The notes under the pieces are model-generated. The model searched no databases. It was not told the origin of the DNA and was given only the letters and a program-made list of their open reading frames with translations. Below are positions 9,059 through 18,027 of a stretch of 64,000 nt of DNA, piece by piece. This DNA is from Gammaproteobacteria bacterium (GTDB lineage: Bacteria; Pseudomonadota; Gammaproteobacteria; QZLD01), in contig JAWSVB010000022.1 of assembly GCA_033852135.1 (NCBI GenBank), forward strand, positions 101,936 through 165,935, given 5' to 3'. Position numbers and translations under genes: made by a program. How positions within the stretch are numbered: the first letter of the stretch is position 1; each line of letters starts with the position of its first letter.

Positions 9059-10222
9059 ATGGTTAAAAATATGAATAATTATAAAACAGGAACAAAAAGA
9101 TTAATCAGAGCTGGAGCAATAATTGTTTTGCTAGCATTGGTTACTTGGCTATTACTATCCCTACTAATTTTAAAAGAGCCGGTAAAAATAGGTTTTTTAG
9201 CAGATTTAAGTACCAGAAAATCGCAGCTAGGTGTTGTGGCAAGAAACGGTGTGATTATGGCCGTAGATGAATTAAATGACAGAGGTGGAATAAACGGTAG
9301 AAAAGTTGAGCTTATTATTAGAGATATAAAATCAAGTAAAGATGAGGCAAAGCTTCAAACGTTAAAATTAATTGAAGATGGGGTAGATGTGATAATCGGA
9401 GGGTTTGTTAGCTCAATGGCCGCTCCTGTTCTTGAAGCTACAAAGAATAGTAATATCTTGCTAATAAGTCCTACAGTTGCAGCTGATAGTTTGTCAGGAA
9501 TTGATGATAATTTTATTCGGATTACCCCACAAGCATCAAAACATGGTAGTTCGCTTGCTGAGGCAGCTGGGTATATGGGAATTAAAAAAGTTACTTTGAT
9601 TCGCGATATCAAAAATGAAGAGTACTCAGGGGCTGTAGTTGATGGGTTTAAGAAAAAATGTGAAGAACAATCTATTCAAGTTATTGGTGATCTAGAGTTT
9701 GAAACCAAGCAAGACTTCCCTCAACTTGTTGAGCAATTGTCTAAGCTGCAGTCAGATGCTTTGGTATTTATCACCAGTGGAATCGATGCCGGTGCGATTA
9801 TTCAGCAATATGCTAGAAATAATAATGTTCCACATCTATTTGGCAGCATGTGGACAAAAGTTACAAAAGTAAATGAGTATGGTGGAAAAGCAGTAAATGG
9901 AATGTTTCTGGTAGATGTTTTTGCGAATAAAAATCCAGAAGTTAAAGAAGTAGAGTTTAATAAATCTTTCAAAGAGCGTTTTGGAATGGGATCAAATATG
10001 CCATCAAGGTATACATATGAATCTGTAAAGCTATTTGCTCAAGCTGCTGAGAAAGCAAATAGTGTAAAAACTGAAAAAGTAAAAACTGAAATTATTAATA
10101 TGAACCCTGTTGAGGGGATAACAGATAACTATCAGATTGATAAATATGGTGATGTTATTCGTGAACTATCCCTTTATCAGATTAAAAATCACCAGTACGA
10201 GTTGACTAATAAAACGAACTAA
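9059..10222 (+). CDS. Second LivK-type periplasmic binding protein (tandem paralog), N-terminal membrane anchor or signal
   Basis: 'VKIGFLADLSTRKSQLGVVARNGVIMAVDELNDRGGINGRKVELIIRDIKSS' is parallel to the upstream PBP. Hydrophobic N-terminus 'AIIVLLALVTWLLLSLLIL'. Confidence 0.75.
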   Translation: MVKNMNNYKTGTKRLIRAGAIIVLLALVTWLLLSLLILKEPVKIGFLADLSTRKSQLGVVARNGVIMAVDELNDRGGINGRKVELIIRDIKSSKDEAKLQTLKLIEDGVDVIIGGFVSSMAAPVLEATKNSNILLISPTVAADSLSGIDDNFIRITPQASKHGSSLAEAAGYMGIKKVTLIRDIKNEEYSGAVVDGFKKKCEEQSIQVIGDLEFETKQDFPQLVEQLSKLQSDALVFITSGIDAGAIIQQYARNNNVPHLFGSMWTKVTKVNEYGGKAVNGMFLVDVFANKNPEVKEVEFNKSFKERFGMGSNMPSRYTYESVKLFAQAAEKANSVKTEKVKTEIINMNPVEGITDNYQIDKYGDVIRELSLYQIKNHQYELTNKTN

Positions 10223-10342
10223 TACAAATAGCTAATTAATAAAAAGTGCAATAAATAGGATATATGTAAATGCAGAAAAAAATCAGTAAAGAAATGAACC
10301 AACAATACAAAAAGGTTGCGTTTAAATAGCAGGTTTTATGTA

Positions 10343-12601
10343 ATGGTTAATTTCTTTCATAACATAAGCATTCAAAGGTTTTTCAAGATTTATCTCTTGA
10401 TTGCTGTGTTATTACCGTTATTGGTTCTTGGCTTGGTAGGATTGACAATATCATCAAGCTTATTAAGGCATGAGATATTAAACGCAGATCATAGGCAGGT
10501 ACACCTTGCTGAATATGCTATCGAGCAGCACCTCCAAAGACCACTTGAGGATCTTCAGGTTATATCAAGCCTAATTCATAATATTTCAAAATCACAGCCA
10601 TCAAGAATCCAGAGAATTATCGAAAAAACTCAAGATGCGCATAGATATTTTGCAGCTATTCAAGTTGTTGATATTGATGGTCGAGTAATTGCTATATCCC
10701 CATTAAATAAAGATTTGATGGGTATTGATGTATCAGGACACAGATACTTCAATAAAATTAAAAGTTTAAATACTCCGTATTGGGGGGCATCATTTATATC
10801 GGAGCAGTTAGAGTTACCACTCGCATCACTAAGTATAAAAACAGATTATGGCTTTATTATCACAGGTTTTCTCAGATTAGATGATATTAGTGAAATCGGT
10901 AAAGGTAGGAGACAAGAAGAAACTAGTAATAATGATATTGATTCACGATTGTTGTTTATCACAGACCAGAATGGGGTATTTATTGCACACCCAGACAAAC
11001 AAAAAGTTATGATTCGTGAATATGACCAACAATATGCAAAAAGTATTAAGCAGTGGAATAGTGATATTTTAGTTAGTGAGGCTGAATATAATGAGCGTGA
11101 ATTCTTAGTAAATACGGTTATTATGCCAGAGACAAAATGGAAAATATCACTATATACTCCACTTGAAAATATCACTTCTCCAATTATAAAAACGGCAGTT
11201 ATATTACTGCTTTTAACTCTAGCAGTTACCGTATTAGCAATTATTGGCGGAGCAAAACTCAGTAGTAAAATATCTGGCTCTTTCAGTGAGTTGCTTAAGT
11301 CAGTAGATGCTATCGGCAAAGGGAAGTATGAAGTACCAATATCTCAAAGTAATTATAGAGAGTTTAACCAGCTTGCTGATTCATTTGAACAGATGGCACA
11401 AGAGGTAAAAGCAAGGGAGAAAGACCTCAAGGAAGCAGAGAGCTATATCTCCAATATTATTAATTCCATGCCATCAATATTGGTAAGTGTGAACAGAGAT
11501 CTAATAATTACGCAGTGGAACATGACTGCAAAAGATAAAACAGGGGTTGAGGCAGAAGATGCAAAAGGGAAAAATCTAGTGGAGCTTTTGCCTAATTTGC
11601 AGTCAGAAATCAGTAAAATAGAGAGCAGCATAGAAAGTCGGCAAGTTAAATATAGCAGGAAAAAGCCACTTTATTCTGAGAGCAATGTAAGCTACGAGGA
11701 TATAACAATTTTTCCACTAATAGCTAACGGAGTACAAGGAGCTGTTATTCGTGTTGATGATGTTACGGATAAAGTTCGTCTTGAAGAGATGCTGGTACAA
11801 AATGAGAAAATGTTATCCATTGGTGGGTTGGCAGCTGGTATGGCGCATGAAATCAATAATCCGCTAGCAGGGATGATGCAAACAGCAGATGTTATTCAGA
11901 ATCGTTTAGTAAATAAAATTGATTTGCCAGCAAATAAAAAAGCAGCAGAAGAAGCAGGTATTACTATTGAAGGGGTTTCTAAATTTATACATGCCAGAGA
12001 TATTCCTCGTATGATTGAAACAATAAAAGAGTCTGGTAAACGTGCGGCTACTATCGTTAATAATATGCTCACATTTGCACGTAAGGCAGACCACAGTAAA
12101 TCAAAGGTAAATGTAGAGCGTTTATTAGAAGACACATTAGATCTAGCAATAACCGATTACAATTTAGAAAAAGAGCATGATTTTAAACAGATAAAAATCA
12201 TAAAAGAGTTTGAATCTAGCTTGCCATTATTGCTATGTGAAGAAACTAAAATTCAGCAGGTGATTTTAAATTTACTGCTCAACAGTGCCCAAGCAATATT
12301 TGGCAGCAGTATAAAAGCACCTGTAATTCATATCCGTACAAGTCTGTCTAAAGATAGCAAAATTATTAATATCGAGATTGAAGATAATGGCCCGGGGATG
12401 GATAACGAAACAAGTAAAAGAATATTTGAACCGTTTTTTACAACAAAAGATGTTGGTCAAGGGACAGGTTTAGGTTTAAGTGTTTCATATTTTATTGTTA
12501 CAGAGAATCATGGTGGTGAGATGAGTGTTACATCAAAGACAGGGGAAGGCACTAAGTTTTTAATATCCCTGCCAGTAGAAGGAAACAAAAATGAATACTA
12601 G
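10343..12601 (+). CDS. Sensor histidine kinase with ~250-aa Cache-like periplasmic domain, TM, HAMP, PAS, HisKA, HATPase (paralog HK4)
   Basis: ATG at 10343 (the listed ORF uses an in-frame TTG at 10316). TM1 'IYLLIAVLLPLLVLGLVGLTI', TM2 'AVILLLLTLAVTVLAIIGG'. H-box 'NEKMLSIGGLAAGMAHEINNPLAGMMQT'. 'DNGPGM...GQGTGLGLS'. Confidence 0.85.
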   Translation: MVNFFHNISIQRFFKIYLLIAVLLPLLVLGLVGLTISSSLLRHEILNADHRQVHLAEYAIEQHLQRPLEDLQVISSLIHNISKSQPSRIQRIIEKTQDAHRYFAAIQVVDIDGRVIAISPLNKDLMGIDVSGHRYFNKIKSLNTPYWGASFISEQLELPLASLSIKTDYGFIITGFLRLDDISEIGKGRRQEETSNNDIDSRLLFITDQNGVFIAHPDKQKVMIREYDQQYAKSIKQWNSDILVSEAEYNEREFLVNTVIMPETKWKISLYTPLENITSPIIKTAVILLLLTLAVTVLAIIGGAKLSSKISGSFSELLKSVDAIGKGKYEVPISQSNYREFNQLADSFEQMAQEVKAREKDLKEAESYISNIINSMPSILVSVNRDLIITQWNMTAKDKTGVEAEDAKGKNLVELLPNLQSEISKIESSIESRQVKYSRKKPLYSESNVSYEDITIFPLIANGVQGAVIRVDDVTDKVRLEEMLVQNEKMLSIGGLAAGMAHEINNPLAGMMQTADVIQNRLVNKIDLPANKKAAEEAGITIEGVSKFIHARDIPRMIETIKESGKRAATIVNNMLTFARKADHSKSKVNVERLLEDTLDLAITDYNLEKEHDFKQIKIIKEFESSLPLLLCEETKIQQVILNLLLNSAQAIFGSSIKAPVIHIRTSLSKDSKIINIEIEDNGPGMDNETSKRIFEPFFTTKDVGQGTGLGLSVSYFIVTENHGGEMSVTSKTGEGTKFLISLPVEGNKNEY

Positions 12602-12968
12602 TAATAAAAGCGTTTTGATTTTAGATGATGAACCGTTTGTAAGGGATAGTCTTGTAGATTATTTTGAAGATTGCCTTTGGACCGTATTTTGTTCTGGGCA
12701 GGAGGATGAGGCGCTAGATATTATAAAAAACTATAAAATAGATTGTGCCATAGTGGATATTCGAATGGCAGGTATTGGTGGGGACCAATTTATTCGTGAA
12801 GCGAATAAACTGCCCAATAAAATTGGATTTGTAGTTTGTACCGGTTCTCCTGAGTATGAAATTCCAGCTGATTTAGCCGCATTAGAAAATGTTTCAAATA
12901 CTATTTTTAGTAAACCTGTGACAGAGCTAAATAAATTAGAGCAAGAATTACTGAAGTTAGCAGGATAA
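12591..12968 (+). CDS. Single-domain response regulator (receiver only), translationally coupled to HK4
   Basis: ATG overlaps the HK4 stop (ATGAATACTAG). 'VLILDDEP', 'AIVDIRMAGIGG', 'CTGS', 'FSKP'. Paralog of the receiver at 2512. Confidence 0.85.
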   Translation: MNTSNKSVLILDDEPFVRDSLVDYFEDCLWTVFCSGQEDEALDIIKNYKIDCAIVDIRMAGIGGDQFIREANKLPNKIGFVVCTGSPEYEIPADLAALENVSNTIFSKPVTELNKLEQELLKLAG

Positions 12969-13044
12969 ATGTCAGTTTTTCTAATAAACTTAAATATATA
13001 TGATTATTACTATTCATAAAAAGTATATCGAGTAACGGTGGGTC

Positions 13045-14352
13045 ATGAGTGATACTCAAATTACAGTGCTAGCAATTGATGATGATGAATACATCAGGCA
13101 AAGTTATATCGATTGTTTGGAAGACTATGAATACAAAGTATTTATAGCTGAAAATGGCAGAGTTGGTTTAGAGCTTTTTGAACAGCACATTGATGAAATT
13201 GATATCGTAATTGTTGACCTAAGAATGCCAGAGGTTGATGGCTTTCAAGTAGTTGCACATGTGAAAAAAAGTAAGCCAGAGCTACCAATAATTGTAGTTT
13301 CCGGTAATGGAGTAATAAGTGATGCAGTTGAGGCTCTTCATCAAGGAGCGTGGGATTACTTGCTAAAACCGATAGAAGATTTTTCTGTATTGATTCACTC
13401 TGTAAATAGCTGCTTGGATAAGGCGCGTCTTATTAATGAGAATGCAGAGTATCAACTCCATCTGGAAAGTATGGTTGCAGATAGAACTAATGAATTATTT
13501 GAAGCAAATATTGAGCTGAAAAGGCATAAAAGTCACCTGCAAGAGCTGGTTGAAGAGAGAACATCAAAATTAAATGAATCATTAGAAAATCTAAATAATA
13601 CAAAAGATTATTTAATCCAATCTGAAAAAATGGCAGCCCTAGGTGGTTTGGTTGCTGGTGTTGCGCATGAGATTAATACTCCAGTTGGGATTGGTGTAAC
13701 GGCTGCCTCACACCTCGAAGGTGAGACCAGAAAGTTTACTAAAGCCTATGAAAACGGCGAACTAACCAGAAAGGCGTTAGATAGCTATGTGAAAATAGTA
13801 AATGAAAGTTGTGGAATGATTCTGTCCAATATGAATCGTGCTGCAGACTTAATCCATAGCTTCAAGCAAGTTGCAGTTGACCAATCTAGCCAAGAAAATC
13901 GTGAGTTTAATGTTAAAAAGTATTTGCATGAGATCTTTGCAAGCCTGAATCCAAAGTTTAAGAATACCAGTTTAACTATCAATGTAGAGTGCGCAGATGA
14001 CCTGACCATTAACTCCTACCCTGGGACTATGTCTCAGATTATCACCAACCTTGCCTTAAACTCCCTTATCCATGGCTTTGAAGATAAAGAAAATGGAACT
14101 ATAGATTTAAAAGTTGTGAAAGAAAATGGAAATATTAAGATAAATTATTCAGATACCGGCCACGGAATATCAGAAGAAAATTTAACTAAAATATTCGACC
14201 CATTTTTCACAACTAAGAGGGGTTATGGGGGGAGTGGACTTGGCTTACATATAGTTTTCAATTTGGTCACCCAAACCCTTGGTGGAAGTATTGAATGCAA
14301 TTCGAAAGAGGGTGAAGGGGCTGAGTTCATTATTGAATTTCCATACTCTTAG
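13045..14352 (+). CDS. Hybrid response regulator-histidine kinase (N-terminal receiver, coiled coil, HisKA of a different subfamily, HATPase)
   Basis: Receiver 'VLAIDDDEYIRQ...IVIVDLRMPEVDG...VVSGNG...LLKP'. H-box 'SEKMAALGGLVAGVAHEINTPVGIG'. 'DTGHGI...GGSGLGLHIV'. Confidence 0.85.
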   Translation: MSDTQITVLAIDDDEYIRQSYIDCLEDYEYKVFIAENGRVGLELFEQHIDEIDIVIVDLRMPEVDGFQVVAHVKKSKPELPIIVVSGNGVISDAVEALHQGAWDYLLKPIEDFSVLIHSVNSCLDKARLINENAEYQLHLESMVADRTNELFEANIELKRHKSHLQELVEERTSKLNESLENLNNTKDYLIQSEKMAALGGLVAGVAHEINTPVGIGVTAASHLEGETRKFTKAYENGELTRKALDSYVKIVNESCGMILSNMNRAADLIHSFKQVAVDQSSQENREFNVKKYLHEIFASLNPKFKNTSLTINVECADDLTINSYPGTMSQIITNLALNSLIHGFEDKENGTIDLKVVKENGNIKINYSDTGHGISEENLTKIFDPFFTTKRGYGGSGLGLHIVFNLVTQTLGGSIECNSKEGEGAEFIIEFPYS

Positions 14353-14442
14353 TACCCGCCAGAACATATAAAAAAATCAACCTTGTATTCTCGATTTAAA
14401 TAGCTAATTTTAAGGTTAAAACTACTAAGTAGAGTAAATATT

Positions 14443-15165
14443 GTGTGGAGTCAGACAAATTTAGGTAGATACATAATAGATCTTGAATCCGAAAAGATTA
14501 ATCAAATTATTAATCGAGTTCCTGGTGTTAACATACTACAGCTGGGTACATTAAGAGGGACAAAGTGGCTAAATCTAAATCGTAAATTTCAAAGCTATAT
14601 TCTAGATACCCCCGCTCGATGTGGCTCAGATTGTAATGTCTTTGGGGAGTTAGAATCATTACCTTTCTCTTCTGAAAGCATGGATGTGGTTATTCTCAGG
14701 CACACACTTGAAGCAACAACAAACCCGCAAACTGTTCTGCATGAGGCAGAACGAATACTATCTCCAGATGGTTATTTAGTTATTTTAGGTTTTAACCCTT
14801 ATAGTTTTTTTGGGGCGCTACGCTTTGCAGAAAAGTATACAGAAACCGGGGAGTGGGAAGGGGAATCACTCTCAATAGGACGGATTAAAGATTGGTTTGC
14901 AGTTCTAGGTTTGGATGTAACAGAAGAGGAAAAGGTAAAACTTAGCCATAGAGTGATAAAGGAAGAATATGGGAAAAAATTTGAATTTCTAGGAGAGCTG
15001 GCAGATTACAGCCTGCATATTCAATCAGGAGTTTATATCCTGATGGCAAGAAAGAGGATAATCCCCTTATCCCGTGTAAAAAATGGCTGGCGTGAAAAAG
15101 GTAATAGGGTAAGTTCACCAATTCAGGCAAGCCCAAAAGTAAACCGAAAACTATTTAAGGAATAA
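14443..15165 (+). CDS. Class I SAM-dependent methyltransferase (conserved neighbour of rnhA in many gammaproteobacteria)
   Basis: GTG start. 'DTPARCGSD...MDVVILRHTLEATTNPQTVLHEAERILSPDGYLVILGFNP' is a Methyltransf_11-like core. Position immediately upstream of rnhA. Confidence 0.65.
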   Translation: MWSQTNLGRYIIDLESEKINQIINRVPGVNILQLGTLRGTKWLNLNRKFQSYILDTPARCGSDCNVFGELESLPFSSESMDVVILRHTLEATTNPQTVLHEAERILSPDGYLVILGFNPYSFFGALRFAEKYTETGEWEGESLSIGRIKDWFAVLGLDVTEEEKVKLSHRVIKEEYGKKFEFLGELADYSLHIQSGVYILMARKRIIPLSRVKNGWREKGNRVSSPIQASPKVNRKLFKE

Positions 15166-15387
15166 TTTTTCTTAACCCTTAGCTCGCCAATAGAACTTAA
15201 AAATTTAAGCTTTTAAATAGGAGTTATCTTTCTGTATAAGGGTTGTATAGCGATGTTTTTAGGTGCTTTGCAATATTACCTATAGTCAGTATGGATCGTG
15301 TTTAATCACAGATAACATTGCTTGCATGATGGAATTCATTACAATGACTATGCTTGAAAATTTAGTTTTCTGTGGAATGGTAAATAA

Positions 15388-15831
15388 ATGACAAATACTG
15401 TAGAAATTTTCGCTGATGGTGCATGTAGAGGTAACCCAGGTCCTGGTGGCTGGGGTGCATTATTACGTTTTAATGATAATGAAAAAGAGCTCTATGGAGC
15501 AGAAGCAGATACAACCAATAACCGTATGGAATTAACTGCTGTAATCAAGTCGCTAGAGTCCTTAACGAGGCCTTGTGAGATAGTTGTTACCTTAGATTCA
15601 AAATATGTTCTGGATGGAATACAAAGCTGGATAGAGAACTGGAAGAAGCGTGGTTGGAAAACAGCGGCAAAGAAACCAGTAAAAAATGAAGATCTATGGA
15701 GGCAGCTTGATGCTCTAAAACAGGAGCATAAAATCACCTGGAACTGGGTAAAAGGTCATAGTGGACATGATGAAAATGAGAGGGCTGACCAACTAGCTAA
15801 TAAAGGGATAGACGAGATGCTAGGCTCGTAA
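15388..15831 (+). CDS. rnhA: Ribonuclease HI
   Basis: '[22 protein letters not shown]...[17 protein letters not shown]...[14 protein letters not shown]' are canonical RNase H motifs. Confidence 0.95.
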   Translation: MTNTVEIFADGACRGNPGPGGWGALLRFNDNEKELYGAEADTTNNRMELTAVIKSLESLTRPCEIVVTLDSKYVLDGIQSWIENWKKRGWKTAAKKPVKNEDLWRQLDALKQEHKITWNWVKGHSGHDENERADQLANKGIDEMLGS

Positions 15832-15915
15832 ATAGTATTGCATCCAAATTTCGACAAGTTAACAAGCAGCAGTTAGAATATTCGTAATAAATTAAAATAG
15901 GCAAACTCAGTAACC

Positions 15916-16629
15916 ATGAGACAAATCGTACTAGATACAGAAACTACCGGGCTTGAGCCATCTGAAGGGCATAGAATCATTGAGATTGGTTGTGTCGAAA
16001 TGTTGAGTCGCCGCGTTACTGGTAATAACTTTCACGTTTATATAAATCCACAGCGTGAAGTTGAGCAAGAGGCGATAGAGGTTCATGGAATAACAAATGA
16101 GTTTCTGAACGATAAGCCATTATTTGCCGATATTGCTGATGAGTTTATCGAGTTTATAGATGGTGCTCAGTTAATTATCCATAATGCACCATTTGATGTT
16201 GGTTTTATCAACCACGAGTTCAACCTATTAAATTCTGGTAAAGGTGTAGTTGAAGATTATTCAACCGTACTCGATACACTAGCAATGGCTAGAAAAAAAT
16301 TCCCAGGGCAAAAAAATAACCTAGACGCCCTATGTCGTCGCTACGAGATAGATAATTCAAGGCGGACACTTCATGGAGCGTTACTTGATTCGGAGATTCT
16401 AGCCGACGTATATTTGATAATGACTGGCGGCCAAGTGAGTTTGTCGCTAGCATCTGATGGCTCTGATGAGAACGAAGATGGTGAACATGTTGAAAATTAC
16501 ACCCCAATAAACCGCGAAGGGCGCAGTTTTGCAAAAGTTAGCGCAACAGCATCAGAGTTAGAACTGCATGAAACAAACTTAGATTTAATTGCTAAAAAAT
16601 GTAATGGAACGCCAGTCTGGAGAAGGTAG
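15916..16629 (+). CDS. dnaQ: DNA polymerase III epsilon subunit (3'-5' proofreading exonuclease)
   Basis: Exo I 'IVLDTETTGL', Exo II 'LIIHNAPFDVGFIN', Exo III 'HGALLDSEILADVYL'. Confidence 0.95.
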   Translation: MRQIVLDTETTGLEPSEGHRIIEIGCVEMLSRRVTGNNFHVYINPQREVEQEAIEVHGITNEFLNDKPLFADIADEFIEFIDGAQLIIHNAPFDVGFINHEFNLLNSGKGVVEDYSTVLDTLAMARKKFPGQKNNLDALCRRYEIDNSRRTLHGALLDSEILADVYLIMTGGQVSLSLASDGSDENEDGEHVENYTPINREGRSFAKVSATASELELHETNLDLIAKKCNGTPVWRR

Positions 16630-16799
16630 TTTATACCGCTGTTTTGCATAAAATTGCATGTTTTTCAGCTATATAACTTCAAAATATCTCTGCATAAAAC
16701 TACTATTAAAAAATTACAATACTCAAAAATTTAGTTTCGCATAATAAGTGCAATTTTCCTGGACTATACTTTTAATATAGTAATGGATGGAATGGTCTT

Positions 16800-17135
16800 A
16801 TGTGGCGGAAAATTAATCAAGTATATAAAAGGCTTAGTGAGCTTTTTGCTGAGCAAATGGATACATATTGGTCAAGTCTTTCGCTTGCAACAAATCTTCT
16901 TATCATATTGAATATAAGTTTATTTTTTGTAACAGAACTGGTGACAACGCAAGGCTATTATTATACTTTTTACTCATTATTTTGCTTGTTATTTGTTCAG
17001 CTTGGTTTGATACTTCCACTTGGAATGTTAAACCGGCTTTGGTATTACTCTATCTTTTGTTTTGCAGAACTTATTGCTATATATTTTTTAGTAAGCAGTG
17101 TATGGTTTTGGGTTGAAACCAATAAAGTTGTCTAA
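16800..17135 (+). CDS. Hypothetical small membrane protein (doubtful)
   Basis: ORF only. Hydrophobic stretches, AT-rich region, no recognisable motif. Confidence 0.2.
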   Translation: MWRKINQVYKRLSELFAEQMDTYWSSLSLATNLLIILNISLFFVTELVTTQGYYYTFYSLFCLLFVQLGLILPLGMLNRLWYYSIFCFAELIAIYFLVSSVWFWVETNKVV

Positions 17136-17296
17136 TTAAGTATTATTTACTATTTAAGTTTCGGTTAAGTATGGGTTTGGTTTGGCTTTAAAACGTGAAT
17201 AATATAATAAGCAAAAAATTTTAAAAGCGCGCACGGCAAGTTTATCCGAAATAGTTCAGTCGGATTGAGAAAGGCAATAAATATTCAGATGAAGTC

Positions 17297-17327
17297 AAAA
17301 GGGGAAACCATAACTGCTTTTCCCCTA
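17297..17327 (-). terminator. Rho-independent terminator of the csp gene
   Basis: The minus strand reads GGGGAAA-loop-TTTCCCC followed by TTTT, about 35 nt downstream of the csp stop. Confidence 0.8.
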
Positions 17328-17359
17328 AGTACTAGACTCGAATTATGGTGATGGTTCAG

Positions 17360-17584
17360 CTATGCCGGTGCAGGCGCTGATGCTGCTACATCTTCTGCTA
17401 ATAGACCTTTTGGGCCATTTGTTATGCAAAACTCAACAGGCTGTCCATCTTTTAAAGACTTATGACCTTCGCCTCTTATAGCTTTATAGTGCACAAAAAT
17501 ATCATCGTGCCCCTCTTTAACAATAAACCCATATCCCTTGGCGTTGTCGAACCATTTAACTGTTCCAAATACACGATCAGACAT
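17360..17584 (-). CDS. Cold-shock protein, CspA family
   Basis: '[15 protein letters not shown]...DIFVHYKAI' carries the RNP1/RNP2 motifs of the cold-shock domain. Confidence 0.93.
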   Translation of the reverse strand: MSDRVFGTVKWFDNAKGYGFIVKEGHDDIFVHYKAIRGEGHKSLKDGQPVEFCITNGPKGLLAEDVAASAPAPA

Positions 17585-18027
17585 AATAACTCCCTAGCTC
17601 TTAAACAATATAAAAACATAGTAAAATTTCTAGGTAGGAATTGATTAAGCAAACTGCCTAATGTAGACAATTTAAAAATAACAACAAAAAACATTCACAA
17701 AATGTGATGCTGTTTTTTCAGTTTGTTAACAAATCCCTTTTGCCCATTAATCCTTTACTATAAAAACTAGCATACATTGTTATGTCGCTAACAACAAATA
17801 TATATTAGTAAATAATATTTAATGAAAATATTATGTTTAAAGTAAAAAGTATCGTAACTGATTGATTTGTATTGCTCTAAGCTGTTTTATCTCTTTGTTA
17901 ATCTATTGAAGATTAAGTGTATTTTTGTGTTATATCTGAGTGCATAAAATGCAGCATATAACTACAAAAAGTGTTATACGCTGCTGATTTCTATAATGTT
18001 AATTTATTACAGTTTTATATGAATGCT

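Noticed and set aside
15388-16629. rnhA and dnaQ on the same strand (they are divergent and overlapping in E. coli).
   Set aside because: Co-directional rnhA-dnaQ with an upstream methyltransferase is common in non-enteric gammaproteobacteria, so this is not anomalous.
16630-17360. AT-rich 730-bp gap with a 111-aa hydrophobic ORF (16800-17135) and an overlapping alternative ORF.
   Set aside because: Extreme AT content, no RBS, and low-complexity hydrophobic translation typical of spurious ORFs in AT-rich DNA. Listed only as a doubtful feature.
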